In this document: positions 54,222 through 64,000 of the stretch, in pieces
Position numbering within the stretch: position 1 is the stretch's first letter
Layout: every line of letters starts with the position of its first letter
Source of the DNA: Lentimicrobiaceae bacterium
GTDB lineage: Bacteria; Bacteroidota; Bacteroidia; Bacteroidales; UBA4417
Length of the DNA: 64,000 nt
NCBI GenBank assembly: GCA_028697555.1
Contig: JAQVEX010000001.1
Location: 4,585-68,584, forward strand
Reading direction: 5' to 3'
Program-made: the position numbers and the translations under genes
Notes under the pieces: generated by a model
What the model was told of the DNA's origin: nothing
What the model saw: the letters and a program-made list of their open reading frames with translations, nothing else
Database searches by the model: none

Positions 54222-55550
54222 ATGGGGATACGCAAAGCATATATTGAAACATATGGTTGCCAAATGAATGTTGCAGACAGCGAAGTTGTAAGGGCTGTTT
54301 TAACTTCCGAAAACATCGTATCAACTCTTGATATTTCGGATGCCGATATAATTCTCATAAACACTTGTTCGATAAGAGATAACGCCGAACAAAGAGTTAT
54401 AAAGCGACTTAGTGAATTTGCTTCGTTGAAGCAAAAAAGAGCCGATATAATAATAGGTGTGATTGGATGTATGGCTGAGCGCATGAAGGAAACAATTTTT
54501 GAAAAAGTAAAGTCTGTCGATTTGATTGCAGGACCTGACTCGTATAGAGATTTGCCACGTTTGATAGATATTGCTGCAAGTGGCGAAAAAGCTTCGAATG
54601 TGCTGCTTTCTGTAGATGAAACCTATGCCGACATTAATCCTTTGCGACTTGGCGATAACGGAGTTAATGCTTTTATTAGCATTATGCGTGGTTGCGAGAA
54701 CTTTTGTGCGTATTGTGTTGTGCCTTATACGCGTGGCAAGGAGAGAAGCAGAAATTTTTCATCTATAATTGATGAAGCCAAATACTTGTTTGATAATGGC
54801 TATCGCGAAGTTACCCTGCTTGGTCAGAATGTAAATTCATACAAAACACAAAACAATAATGAGCAGATTGATTTCCCCAAATTGATAAAGGCTGTAGCTC
54901 AGATAGACCCTTTATTAAGAGTGCGTTTTGCAACTTCGCATCCCAAAGATTTTAGCAACGATTTGATAGAAGCTATAATGCAGTACGATAATATTTGCAA
55001 GTCTGTTCATTTGCCAATGCAATCGGGAAGTACGAGTGTGCTAAAAAGAATGAGACGCAGTTACACCTTTGAATGGTATCTTGAAAGAGTTGAAACCTTG
55101 AAAAAACACATCCCTGAATGTTCTTTGAGTACCGATATAATTGCCGGATTTTGCGGAGAAACCGAACAGGAACATCAAGAAACCATAGCGGCAATGAATC
55201 AAATACGCTTCAACGATGCTTTTATGTTTAAGTACAGCGAGCGACCAAATACAATAGCAGCAAAAAAATATAAAGATGACGTTCCTGATGAGGTAAAGAG
55301 TGCGAGATTGACAGAAATAATAGAGTTGCAGAAAAAGCATTCTTTACAACATAATAAAAAGGATATAGGAATAGAGTACGAAGTTTTGATAGAAGGAAGT
55401 TCAAAAAGGTCAGAAAAGCAATTGTACGGCAGAAATTCTCAAAATAAGGTTGTTGTTTTTGATGATAAAGGTTTTTTGAAAGGTACGTATATCAAAGTGA
55501 GGATAAGTTCTGTAACGTCGGCTACATTGTTGGGTGATAATATTTATTAA
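54222..55550 (+). CDS. miaB: tRNA-i6A37 methylthiotransferase
   Basis: 442 aa. YIETYGCQMN UPF0004 domain, CENFCAYCVVP radical-SAM motif, TRAM C-domain. Confidence 0.9.
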   Translation: MGIRKAYIETYGCQMNVADSEVVRAVLTSENIVSTLDISDADIILINTCSIRDNAEQRVIKRLSEFASLKQKRADIIIGVIGCMAERMKETIFEKVKSVDLIAGPDSYRDLPRLIDIAASGEKASNVLLSVDETYADINPLRLGDNGVNAFISIMRGCENFCAYCVVPYTRGKERSRNFSSIIDEAKYLFDNGYREVTLLGQNVNSYKTQNNNEQIDFPKLIKAVAQIDPLLRVRFATSHPKDFSNDLIEAIMQYDNICKSVHLPMQSGSTSVLKRMRRSYTFEWYLERVETLKKHIPECSLSTDIIAGFCGETEQEHQETIAAMNQIRFNDAFMFKYSERPNTIAAKKYKDDVPDEVKSARLTEIIELQKKHSLQHNKKDIGIEYEVLIEGSSKRSEKQLYGRNSQNKVVVFDDKGFLKGTYIKVRISSVTSATLLGDNIY

Positions 55551-55587
55551 TAATTTTGTGGATATTTATCGTAAAAATTTATATTTG
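55551..55587 (+). promoter_or_regulatory. candidate promoter(s) for the wza/wzc-like operon
   Basis: Two TAnnTTTG matches: TAATTTTG (55551-55558) and TATATTTG (55580-55587). The first also supplies a TTTG 21 nt upstream of the second. ATG at 55613. Confidence 0.4.
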
Positions 55588-55612
55588 TAAAAAATTTTAT
55601 ATAAAAAAGTTT

Positions 55613-56416
55613 ATGAAACAGAGTAATAAGTTATTAATATTCATTGTTTTGGTGGTATTTAGTTCGGGTTTCTTTTCGTGTGCCTCCCATAAGGAGACGC
55701 TTTTATTACAAGAAACGGACGATATAGTTATTAGTAGCCAAAAATTACCCAAACTTTCATTTGATGATTATTGCGTTCAGCCTGGAGATTTTTTAATGAT
55801 ACACCTGTTTTCTTTTGACGAAAAAAGTAACGCTTATTTTAATTCATCTAATGTTTCAAGCAATAATTATAACGTAACTGAGGCAAATATATACTTGTCG
55901 AGTTACATGGTAAACGATTCGGGTTATATTCAGTTACCGCTATTAGGCGATGTTTATGTTAAGGATAAAAGTACCAACCAGATACAGAACGACCTAAATG
56001 CAATAATGAGCGACTTTGTGATGGAGCCAAGCGTTACCGTAAAGTTGGTCGGATTTAACATTTCTATACTAGGCGAAGTTCGCAATCCGGGCAGATTCAT
56101 GATTAGTAAAAACAGAGTCAATGTTTTGGAAGCTATTGCTATGGCTGGAGATATGGGAACATATGCTAATAGAAAAGAAGTAAAAATAGTACGCAGCAAC
56201 AAAGGTGTTACTGAACTCCTTGTTGTTGATATAAGCAGAAAAGACTTAATATATTCAGACAACTACTATTTACGACCCAACGACATTATTTACATAGAAC
56301 CACTTAGAAGCAAACGCTACACCTTTGAAGCATTTCCTTACGCACTTGTGCTTACAACAATAACATCAACTATTACCACATATTTGTTAATTCTCAATTA
56401 TATTAAAAAGCAATGA
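55613..56416 (+). CDS. polysaccharide export protein (Wza-like, SLBB domain)
   Basis: ORF 55556..56416; start set at ATG 55613 (MKQSNKLLIFIVLVVFSSGFFSC lipobox). PGD..., GEVRNPG and LEAIAMAGD motifs. Confidence 0.8.
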   Translation: MKQSNKLLIFIVLVVFSSGFFSCASHKETLLLQETDDIVISSQKLPKLSFDDYCVQPGDFLMIHLFSFDEKSNAYFNSSNVSSNNYNVTEANIYLSSYMVNDSGYIQLPLLGDVYVKDKSTNQIQNDLNAIMSDFVMEPSVTVKLVGFNISILGEVRNPGRFMISKNRVNVLEAIAMAGDMGTYANRKEVKIVRSNKGVTELLVVDISRKDLIYSDNYYLRPNDIIYIEPLRSKRYTFEAFPYALVLTTITSTITTYLLILNYIKKQ

Positions 56417-58881
56417 CAGAGCCCAACAACCAAATATACGAAATAAAAGAAGAACAAGTTGACATAAAAGCAATTTTCAGGAAAATTTTATCGAATTGGA
56501 AACTAATATTAGCTTCGCTAGTAGTTATGTTTTTTATTGCTTTTTTGTTTAACCGATATTCGGAAAAAATTTACGAAACTCAGGTTACAATTTTAATTCA
56601 AGATGAAAAAAATTCTAGCATCGATATTCAATCGATGATTGGGTTTGGAATGGGAAATACTGTTCAAAACTTACAAAACCAAATAGGAATTTTGCAGTCG
56701 AGAACTATTGTAGAAAAAACGGTAAAAGCCTTAGACTTTAAAATATCGTATTACGGCGAAGGTCGTGTTATGAACAGTGAGATATATAAAGACTCGCCTT
56801 TTATAGTTGTATTAGATACATTTGCTTTGCAACCGGCTTCTAATATTAAGTTCTTTGTAAGTGGAATTAATGGGGATGAATTTTCGTTAGAAGTAGAAGG
56901 AGAAAATGTTAAATTATATAATTACTTCTTGTATGAAGATACTGATAAAGTTGTACCCAAGGTATCGGTAAACAAGAAATTCAAGTTCGGACAACATATA
57001 GAAACCGATGCTTTTGCTTTTACAATAATAAAAAATCCCAACGTTGTTAATACTGGTGATATTTCAAATAACAGGTATTTCTTCCAGTTTAACACATTGA
57101 ATTCTATGGTTAAAACATTTTCTAACTATAATGTAACAACCACTCATAAGGAATCTTCCATTGTTAACGTGTCGATAAAATATTCCAACTTCGATAAGGC
57201 AGTAGATTTTTTAAACATGTTAGCTAAGATATACATACAACAAGGACTTGATAAAAAGAATATTATTTCCATAAATACAATTAACTTTATCGATTCGCAA
57301 TTGTCTCAAATAAGCGATTCTCTTTCGAGAAATGAAAATGTACTGCAAGACTTCCGTTCAAAAAATCTTGTTATGAATTTGGAAGACCAGTCGGTTAAGG
57401 TTTACGATTATATCATGGAGTTGGAGAGTCAAAAAGGGGAGCTTATTGTTAAAAACAAATTGTACCAAAATCTAAAAGAATATATTTCTTCAAATATTGA
57501 GTTAGATGCACCCTTTACGCCTCCGGCTATAGGGGTAGAAGACCCGCTATTGTTAGAACAATTAAAAGAGCTTACAAACTTATATGCAGAACGTAGCGAA
57601 AGAATGGTTAAGGATAGTCCGAACAACCCCTTATTGTTAGCTGCAGATAGGAAAATCAGTCTGACTAAAAAAAGTATAAGTGAGAGTATCAATAACATTA
57701 TGGTCAGCTCCGAAATTAAAATAAAAGATATCGACAGTAGAATTGATAAACTAAGTAGCAATTTTGGCGACTTGCCTTCAACTGAACGCCAACTGTTGGG
57801 TATAGAAAGAAAATACAAGCTTAATGATGCCATTTATACTTACTTGTTGCAAAAACGTTCGGAAGCTTCAATAGCTAAGGCGAGCAACACATCGGATAAT
57901 GAAATTATCGATAGTGCCAAAACTATTGACGATACTCCGGTTTCTCCCAAACCGGTTCTAAATTATGTTATTGCTCTTTTTCTAGGTTTAGCGTTGCCAA
58001 TAGGCTTCATCTTTATCAAAGATTTCTTTAACGATAACGTCGAAAGCAAGAGCGATATAGAAAAAGCAACAAAAGCCACTGTAATAGGTAGCATATTACA
58101 TAATCACTATGAAACAAATACTCCTGTTGTAAAATACCCCAAATCGGCAATAGCCGAAACGTTTAGGTCGTTGCGAACCAACTTGCGTTATATAACAAAA
58201 GGTAAAGAGCACAAGGTCTTTTTGGTAACATCATTGATGGTTGGAGAAGGCAAAACATTTACCTCAATAAATTTGGCTTCTATATATGCCAATAGCAATA
58301 AAAAAACCTTGTTGATGGGTTACGATTTAAGAAAACCTAAAATATATCAGGATTTTGGTTTAACTAATACTGCAGGTATAAGCTCGTATTTACTTGGTGA
58401 ACACACAATGCAGGAAATTATTCAAAAAACCAAATACCCTAATCTTGATATAGTTTCTTCGGGACCTATACCACCCAACCCTGCTGAACTTATTGGCTCG
58501 TCGGAGAACTATGAACTTATTAGGAAGCTATCAGAAATTTACGATTATATTATCGTAGATACGCCACCCGTTGGTATTGTTACCGATGCATTGCTACTAT
58601 TCTCTTATGTTGATGTGCGAATGTTTGTAGTACGTCAGGGTTATAGTTCTAAAAAATTGTTGGCAAATATAACTTCTGAAGTAGAAAATAATTACAAAGA
58701 GAGTTACTACATCGTGTTTAACGGTATTGACCCCAAAGTAGGCTCTTATGGATATGGCTACGGATACGGACGTAGGTATGGCTACGGTTATGGTTATTCA
58801 AGAGGCTATGGCTATTATTCTGATGATGTGGTATCTAAAAGAAAGACTTCGCGGATTAACAAACTGTTTTCTAAAAAGTAA
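56413..58881 (+). CDS. polysaccharide chain-length determinant / tyrosine autokinase (Wzc-like)
   Basis: 822 aa. Wzz N-domain, coiled coil, Walker A (GEGKT), VDTPP, C-terminal Tyr cluster (YGYGYGYGRRYGYGYGY). 4-nt overlap with the wza-like gene. Confidence 0.85.
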   Translation: MTEPNNQIYEIKEEQVDIKAIFRKILSNWKLILASLVVMFFIAFLFNRYSEKIYETQVTILIQDEKNSSIDIQSMIGFGMGNTVQNLQNQIGILQSRTIVEKTVKALDFKISYYGEGRVMNSEIYKDSPFIVVLDTFALQPASNIKFFVSGINGDEFSLEVEGENVKLYNYFLYEDTDKVVPKVSVNKKFKFGQHIETDAFAFTIIKNPNVVNTGDISNNRYFFQFNTLNSMVKTFSNYNVTTTHKESSIVNVSIKYSNFDKAVDFLNMLAKIYIQQGLDKKNIISINTINFIDSQLSQISDSLSRNENVLQDFRSKNLVMNLEDQSVKVYDYIMELESQKGELIVKNKLYQNLKEYISSNIELDAPFTPPAIGVEDPLLLEQLKELTNLYAERSERMVKDSPNNPLLLAADRKISLTKKSISESINNIMVSSEIKIKDIDSRIDKLSSNFGDLPSTERQLLGIERKYKLNDAIYTYLLQKRSEASIAKASNTSDNEIIDSAKTIDDTPVSPKPVLNYVIALFLGLALPIGFIFIKDFFNDNVESKSDIEKATKATVIGSILHNHYETNTPVVKYPKSAIAETFRSLRTNLRYITKGKEHKVFLVTSLMVGEGKTFTSINLASIYANSNKKTLLMGYDLRKPKIYQDFGLTNTAGISSYLLGEHTMQEIIQKTKYPNLDIVSSGPIPPNPAELIGSSENYELIRKLSEIYDYIIVDTPPVGIVTDALLLFSYVDVRMFVVRQGYSSKKLLANITSEVENNYKESYYIVFNGIDPKVGSYGYGYGYGRRYGYGYGYSRGYGYYSDDVVSKRKTSRINKLFSKK

Positions 58882-58960
58882 GAGAACGAGAAAATAATTC
58901 CTTTTCGAATTAACGGGATTATTGATAGAATTACTTAAACATTGATAGCAACCAAAAACA

Positions 58961-59008
58961 AAAAGTTGAGTTTATGTAGTATAAACTTCTAACACAAACT
59001 CAACTTTT
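58961..59008. terminator. bidirectional intrinsic-terminator-like hairpin between the wzc-like gene and tRNA-Ala
   Basis: 13-bp perfect stem AAAAGTTGAGTTT (58961-58973) / AAACTCAACTTTT (58996-59008). T-runs follow the stem on both strands. Confidence 0.55.
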
Positions 59009-59009
59009 G

Positions 59010-59083
59010 TGGAGCGTAAGGGAGTCGAACCCTTGACCTTTAGACTGCCAGTCTAACGCTCTAGCCAACTGAGCTAACGCCCC
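59010..59083 (-). tRNA. tRNA-Ala (anticodon GGC), no encoded CCA
   Basis: Hand-folded reverse complement: GGGGCGT TA GCTC AGTTGGCT AGAGC G TTAGA CTGGCAG TCTAA AGGTC AAGGG TTCGACT CCCTT ACGCTCC A. All four stems pair. G3:U70 alanine identity pair present. TTCGA T-loop. Confidence 0.9.
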
Positions 59084-59093
59084 AATTCGCCTG

Positions 59094-59101
59094 CAAATAT
59101 A
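59094..59101 (-). promoter_or_regulatory. candidate -7 box for tRNA-Ala
   Basis: Minus-strand TATATTTG ends 10 nt upstream of the tRNA 5' end. No clear -33 element. Confidence 0.35.
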
Positions 59102-59135
59102 TTAAAATTCTGAAATAATACTGTATTTTTGTCAA

Positions 59136-59699
59136 ATGAATGAAAAAAGATTATTTATAGCAATTACGGTACCAGAAGACTCTTCGATAGTCAGTTTGTC
59201 CGACAATTTGAAAACTTGTCTGTCGAAAGACAAAATAAATTGGGTAAAAACTTGTAATTTGCATTTAACACTTAAATTTTTGGGCGATACACAGGTTTCA
59301 CTAATTCCCGAAATACTATGGGCTATTGATGAAACAACCAAACAGTACGATAAATTTACTGCAAGCATTGATGAAATAGGAATATTCGGCTCGAAATATA
59401 GTCCCAAAGTTATATGGGTTAAAGCCAATCCCGAAAAAAGGTTTAATCAAATATTTGAAACCTTGTCGCAACATCTATCCCAAATAGGAATTAGTAAAAC
59501 TTCCGAAAACTTTGTCTCTCACGTTACATTAGGTCGTATTAAGCATTTACAAGATGTAAAATATTTCCAGTCGTGTATTTCCAAATACCAAAATGGTAAA
59601 AGTTTCAGTTTTTTAGTCGATAATATAATATTATTCGAGAGCAAGCTAACTCCAAAAGGACCTGAATACAGTGTTGTTGGTAAATCAGAGTTTGTATAA
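59136..59699 (+). CDS. thpR: RNA 2',3'-cyclic phosphodiesterase (2H family, ThpR/LigT)
   Basis: 187 aa. Two HxTx motifs (HLTLKF and HVTLGR). Confidence 0.8.
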   Translation: MNEKRLFIAITVPEDSSIVSLSDNLKTCLSKDKINWVKTCNLHLTLKFLGDTQVSLIPEILWAIDETTKQYDKFTASIDEIGIFGSKYSPKVIWVKANPEKRFNQIFETLSQHLSQIGISKTSENFVSHVTLGRIKHLQDVKYFQSCISKYQNGKSFSFLVDNIILFESKLTPKGPEYSVVGKSEFV

Positions 59700-59959
59700 T
59701 TAATTCGTTTCTCAGTATTGCTGGCAAAGTACTTTACCAAATAGTAATAATACACACTTTAGGTTACAAATATTAAGCAATTATTGTATTTCTTTATAAT
59801 TCAATAATGCGAATGCAACGATAACAGCTTTGTTTTCAGAGATTTGCAGAAAAGACCTCAGGTGTTTTTTCTCAAAATCGGTTTCGGTGATAAAAAAAAC
59901 GGCAAAAAAACATCTTGATTTATAAAATATTTGTAATATTGCACTTAATATAATAAGCC

Positions 59960-61084
59960 ATGAAGAATTTAAGAAAAACAAATACCGCTAAGTATCTACT
60001 GCTTTTATTAATATTTTGTTCAATAAGTTTAGGTAATATTTCGGCACAAAATCCGGTTGAGCCCGTCCAAAATGTTGAGGAGGAATTTAATGCCGGCGAG
60101 ATGATTATAGGTCATATTGTTGATGCTCACGAATGGCATATTCTTTCTTACAAAGATTTTCATCTAACAATTCCGCTACCAATAATACTTTACGATCAAG
60201 GTAAGATAGTTTGTTTTTCGTCTTCAAAATTTAATCACGGACACAGCTACAATGGCTATAAGCTAATGACTTCGGGCGAACAAAAAGGTAAGATTGTGAA
60301 AGTTGACGAAAATGACAACATGATAGCCGACGCAAAAATTCCATTAGATTTTTCGATAACTAAAAATGTTGTAGGAATTTTTGTTGCTGCAATTTTACTT
60401 ATGGTTATATTTATAAGCGTAGCAAAGCGCTACAAAGGCGATAATAACCGACCACCCAAAGGTTTACAATCGTTCTTGGAACCCATAGTGCTTTTTGTTA
60501 GAGACGACGTGGTGAAACCATCAATTGGAGAAGATAGGTACCAAAAGTTTTTACCCTTTTTGCTAACACTATTTTTCTTTATACTGTTTAGTAACATCTT
60601 AGGTTTAATACCTATATTCCCAGGCGGAGCCAACGTAACAGGCAGCATGTCGGTTACTTTTGTGTTGGCAATGTTTACATTTTTTGTTACAAATGTATTC
60701 GGTAGCAAAGCATACTGGAAAGATATAGTAAATACACCTGGGGTTCCTATATTTTTAAAGGTGCCAATACCCCTTATGCCCATAATCGAAATAATAGGTT
60801 TACTAACAAAGCCCATCGTTCTGATGGTGCGTTTGTTTGCAAACATCACCGCAGGACATATAATAATTTTGGGATTTATAAGCATAATATTTTTGTTCGG
60901 AGCAAACTCGCCTTTTGCAGGTGTAGCCGTATCTCCTTTATCGATTATCTTTAGCTTATTTATTTCGGCGTTAGAAATATTAGTAGCCTTCATTCAAGCC
61001 TATGTATTTACGCTTTTATCGTCGATATATATAGGAATATCAACAGAAAGTCATAACGAACACATTGAAGAAACAGCAAAATAA
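59960..61084 (+). CDS. atpB: F0F1 ATP synthase subunit a
   Basis: 374 aa. Long Bacteroidota-type N-extension. LMVRLFANITAGH with the essential Arg. Confidence 0.9.
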   Translation: MKNLRKTNTAKYLLLLLIFCSISLGNISAQNPVEPVQNVEEEFNAGEMIIGHIVDAHEWHILSYKDFHLTIPLPIILYDQGKIVCFSSSKFNHGHSYNGYKLMTSGEQKGKIVKVDENDNMIADAKIPLDFSITKNVVGIFVAAILLMVIFISVAKRYKGDNNRPPKGLQSFLEPIVLFVRDDVVKPSIGEDRYQKFLPFLLTLFFFILFSNILGLIPIFPGGANVTGSMSVTFVLAMFTFFVTNVFGSKAYWKDIVNTPGVPIFLKVPIPLMPIIEIIGLLTKPIVLMVRLFANITAGHIIILGFISIIFLFGANSPFAGVAVSPLSIIFSLFISALEILVAFIQAYVFTLLSSIYIGISTESHNEHIEETAK

Positions 61085-61091
61085 AAAATAA

Positions 61092-61379
<288 letters not shown>

Positions 61380-61451
61380 ACGAAGAGTTGGGTTAGTTTA
61401 TAGCGATTGGCTACCAACTAACCCATTTTTTTAATTTTAAAAAACACAATT

Positions 61452-61946
61452 ATGGAACTAGTAATGCCCGGACTTGGGCTTATATTTTGGATGACTTTAG
61501 TTTTCGGCATACTTTTGTTTGTATTGGCGAAGTTTGCTTGGAAGCCTATAATGAACGGAATACGTCAAAGAGAAGATAACATCAGAAACTCTTTGGAAGC
61601 AGCAGAACAAGCTCATAAAGACATGCTTAAACTTAAAGCAGGAAATGAAGAATTGCTGCAACAAGCTAAAAACGAGCGCGATAGTATGCTTGCCGAAGCA
61701 AGAAAAATGCAAGAAACTATTATCGAAGAAGCTAAAATTAAGGCTAATGAAGAGACAAACAGACTCATAGAAGCTGCTAGAGTCAGCATAGAAATGGAAA
61801 AGAAAGCAGCAATATCCGAACTTAAAGGACAATTGGCTGAAATTTCTGTCGAAATTTCCGAGAAACTTCTGAAAAGGGAACTCGAGCCGGCTAATAAGCA
61901 AAAGCAACTTATTGATCAAATGCTTAAGGAAATCGATTTTAATTAG
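61452..61946 (+). CDS. atpF: F0F1 ATP synthase subunit b
   Basis: 164 aa. Single N-terminal TM then a long charged helix. Operon position. Confidence 0.85.
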   Translation: MELVMPGLGLIFWMTLVFGILLFVLAKFAWKPIMNGIRQREDNIRNSLEAAEQAHKDMLKLKAGNEELLQQAKNERDSMLAEARKMQETIIEEAKIKANEETNRLIEAARVSIEMEKKAAISELKGQLAEISVEISEKLLKRELEPANKQKQLIDQMLKEIDFN

Positions 61947-61952
61947 CGGAAT

Positions 61953-62510
61953 ATGAGAGTTAGTAAAATATCTGAGAGGTATGCAAATGCTGTTTTTCAG
62001 CTGGCTAAAGAACATAACATTCATAAACAGGTAAATGACGATATGGTCTACGTTGATGAATTGTGCGAAACCGTTAAAGAATTTAATCTGTTTTTAAAAT
62101 CACCATTGATTAACAAATCGAAAAAACTGAAAATTGCTGAAAAACTTTTTGATAGTAAGGTACAAAAAATGACCTACAGTTTTATCAAGCTTATGATAAA
62201 CAAGAATAGAGAAAGCTATTTGTGTTCAATAGCTAAATACTATCAGGAATTATTTATGATAGATATGGGAATTAAAAAAGCTTATGTCCAATCCGCTGTT
62301 CCATTATCTGAAGATAACAAGAACGAATTAATCAAATTGTTAGGTAATATTTCCGATTTAAAAATCGATTTGCAAGAAACTATTAATCCCGATTTGATTG
62401 GCGGTTTCGTTGTCGATATCGACGATTACGAAATAAATCAAAGTTTGGAAAACAAACTAAGAACAATAAAAAAGGAATTATCTAAAAATTTATATTTAAA
62501 AGACTTTTAA
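61953..62510 (+). CDS. atpH: F0F1 ATP synthase subunit delta (OSCP)
   Basis: 185 aa. RYANAVF N-terminus, IGGFVV C-terminal motif. Operon position. Confidence 0.8.
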   Translation: MRVSKISERYANAVFQLAKEHNIHKQVNDDMVYVDELCETVKEFNLFLKSPLINKSKKLKIAEKLFDSKVQKMTYSFIKLMINKNRESYLCSIAKYYQELFMIDMGIKKAYVQSAVPLSEDNKNELIKLLGNISDLKIDLQETINPDLIGGFVVDIDDYEINQSLENKLRTIKKELSKNLYLKDF

Positions 62511-62528
62511 AAAATAAAACAATATAAC

Positions 62529-64000
62529 ATGACACAAATAAAACCTTCTGAAGTAACAGCAATATTGCGTCAAGAATTATCCGGTTTAACCCTTGAGGCG
62601 GAAATAAACGAAGTAGGCACAGTGCTTACTGTTGGCGATGGCATTGCACGCATATATGGTATTACAAACGCACAAGCAGGTGAACTTGTCGAATTTGTTG
62701 ATAGCGGAGTTAGAGGTATAGTTATGAACTTAGAAGAAGACAACGTGGGTGTGGTGCTACTTGGCGAATCAACATCCATAAACGAAGGAGATAAGGTCAG
62801 ACGTACAGGCTTAATATCAAGTATTAATGTTGGCGAAGGTATGCTAGGACGTGTAGTAAACACGCTTGGAGAACCTATAGACGGAAAAGGAAAAATAGAA
62901 GGCGAACTCATTCAAATGCCATTGGAGCGTAAAGCTCCTGGAGTTATTTTCCGTCAGCCGGTTAACGAGCCTTTACAAACAGGTATAAAAGCTATCGATG
63001 CCATGATACCAATCGGTAGAGGTCAGAGAGAGCTTATTATTGGCGACAGACAGACCGGAAAATCCACCATTGCCATCGATACCATATTAAATCAGAAGAG
63101 TAATTACGATAAAGGCGAGCCTGTTTATTGTATATACGTAGCTATTGGACAAAAAGGCTCCACAGTAGCCAGTTTTATGCGTACTTTGGAAGAACGTGGC
63201 GCTATGGCATACACAATTATTGTAATGGCTACCGCCAGCGACCCCGCTGCTATGCAGTTTTACGCTCCATTTGCAGGTGCTGCAATAGGCGAATATTTTA
63301 GAGATACCGGTCGTCCGGCTCTTGTTATATACGACGACCTTACAAAACAAGCTGTAGCTTACCGCGAAGTATCTCTACTACTACGCCGTCCACCAGGACG
63401 TGAAGCATACCCGGGCGACGTATTCTACTTACACTCGCGACTACTTGAAAGAGCAGCCAAAATAATTCAAAGCGACGAAATTGCAGCTCAAATGAACGAC
63501 CTTCCCGAATCGCTGAAAGGTAAAGTTAAAGGCGGAGGTTCGCTCACGGCACTGCCTATTATCGAAACACAAGCGGGAGACGTATCGGCTTATATCCCAA
63601 CCAACGTTATTTCAATTACCGACGGACAAATATTTTTGGAAACCGACTTGTTTAATGCCGGTGTTCGTCCGGCTATCAACGTGGGTATATCGGTATCGCG
63701 TGTTGGAGGTAATGCTCAAATAAAATCGATGAAAAAAGTTGCAGGTACTCTAAAATTGGCACAAGCCGAATATCGCGAATTGGAAGCATTTGCTAAATTT
63801 GGTTCCGACTTAGATGCCGCAACTGTTGCCATTCTTAACAAAGGTGCTCGTAACGTTAGGATACTTATTCAAGACCAGTTTTCGCCAATGCCGGTGGGAG
63901 AACAAATTGCAATTATTGCGTGCGGAACCAGGGGCTTGCTTAAAGATGTACCTGTAGACTCTATTACAAATTTTGAAACAACGTTTTTGCACCGTATGCG
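62529..64000 (+). CDS. atpA: F0F1 ATP synthase subunit alpha (truncated at right edge)
   Basis: Not in the ORF track because it runs off the window. Hand translation from ATG 62529 gives [20 protein letters not shown]...GDGIARIYG...[15 protein letters not shown] (Walker A)... Confidence 0.95.
   Translation, partial: MTQIKPSEVTAILRQELSGLTLEAEINEVGTVLTVGDGIARIYGITNAQAGELVEFVDSGVRGIVMNLEEDNVGVVLLGESTSINEGDKVRRTGLISSINVGEGMLGRVVNTLGEPIDGKGKIEGELIQMPLERKAPGVIFRQPVNEPLQTGIKAIDAMIPIGRGQRELIIGDRQTGKSTIAIDTILNQKSNYDKGEPVYCIYVAIGQKGSTVASFMRTLEERGAMAYTIIVMATASDPAAMQFYAPFAGAAIGEYFRDTGRPALVIYDDLTKQAVAYREVSLLLRRPPGREAYPGDVFYLHSRLLERAAKIIQSDEIAAQMNDLPESLKGKVKGGGSLTALPIIETQAGDVSAYIPTNVISITDGQIFLETDLFNAGVRPAINVGISVSRVGGNAQIKSMKKVAGTLKLAQAEYRELEAFAKFGSDLDAATVAILNKGARNVRILIQDQFSPMPVGEQIAIIACGTRGLLKDVPVDSITNFETTFLHRM

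Noticed and set aside
58735-58830. GY-rich repeat at the Wzc-like C-terminus as something unusual
   Set aside because: A C-terminal tyrosine cluster is the normal autophosphorylation site of BY-kinases. Here it is just unusually regular (YGYGYGYG).
59124-59131. TATTTTTG -7-like box as the thpR promoter
   Set aside because: It ends 4 nt before the ATG, so the predicted transcription start would fall at or inside the start codon. That is only possible for a leaderless mRNA, which is not supported.

Overview
AT-rich chromosomal window that looks like Bacteroidota: a SusC/SusD pair, type IX secretion (T9SS) C-terminal sorting domains, TAnnTTTG -7 promoter boxes, and ptb-buk plus an iron-ADH suggesting an anaerobe. 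I call 48 protein genes (two truncated at the window edges) and one tRNA-Ala(GGC). Most are housekeeping: fabD, waaA, kdsB, ribF, asd, hemW, lipA/lipB, proS, trmB, pgk, glmS, topA, miaB, wza/wzc-like, thpR, atpBEFHA. No integrase, transposase, CRISPR, restriction or toxin genes were seen. Three things are not ordinary. (1) Almost every spacer at a gene 3' end is built from phase-locked 7-bp units whose consensus drifts unit by unit. I count 13 arrays of about 200 units (about 1.4 kb). They often form reverse-complementary arms around a CCCGAAGTTTCGGG-like core, and they abut or include stop codons. Associated with them are a conserved 68-70 nt nested hairpin (2 copies), a hairpin cassette bracketed by a perfect 32-nt direct repeat, and a 397-bp tandem duplication with three competing inverted-repeat arms. 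I do not recognise this as any described repeat class. (2) A PUL-like locus has SusC/SusD followed by two tandem paralogous ~865-aa T9SS cargo proteins. Their C-terminal halves align to PNGase F with the Asp/Glu/Arg catalytic residues conserved, and the locus has no glycoside hydrolase or regulator. (3) A FadL/PorV-like barrel is paired with an extreme Tyr/Trp-rich and Ser/Arg-rich lipoprotein. All homology calls rest on motif recognition by eye; no searches were run.
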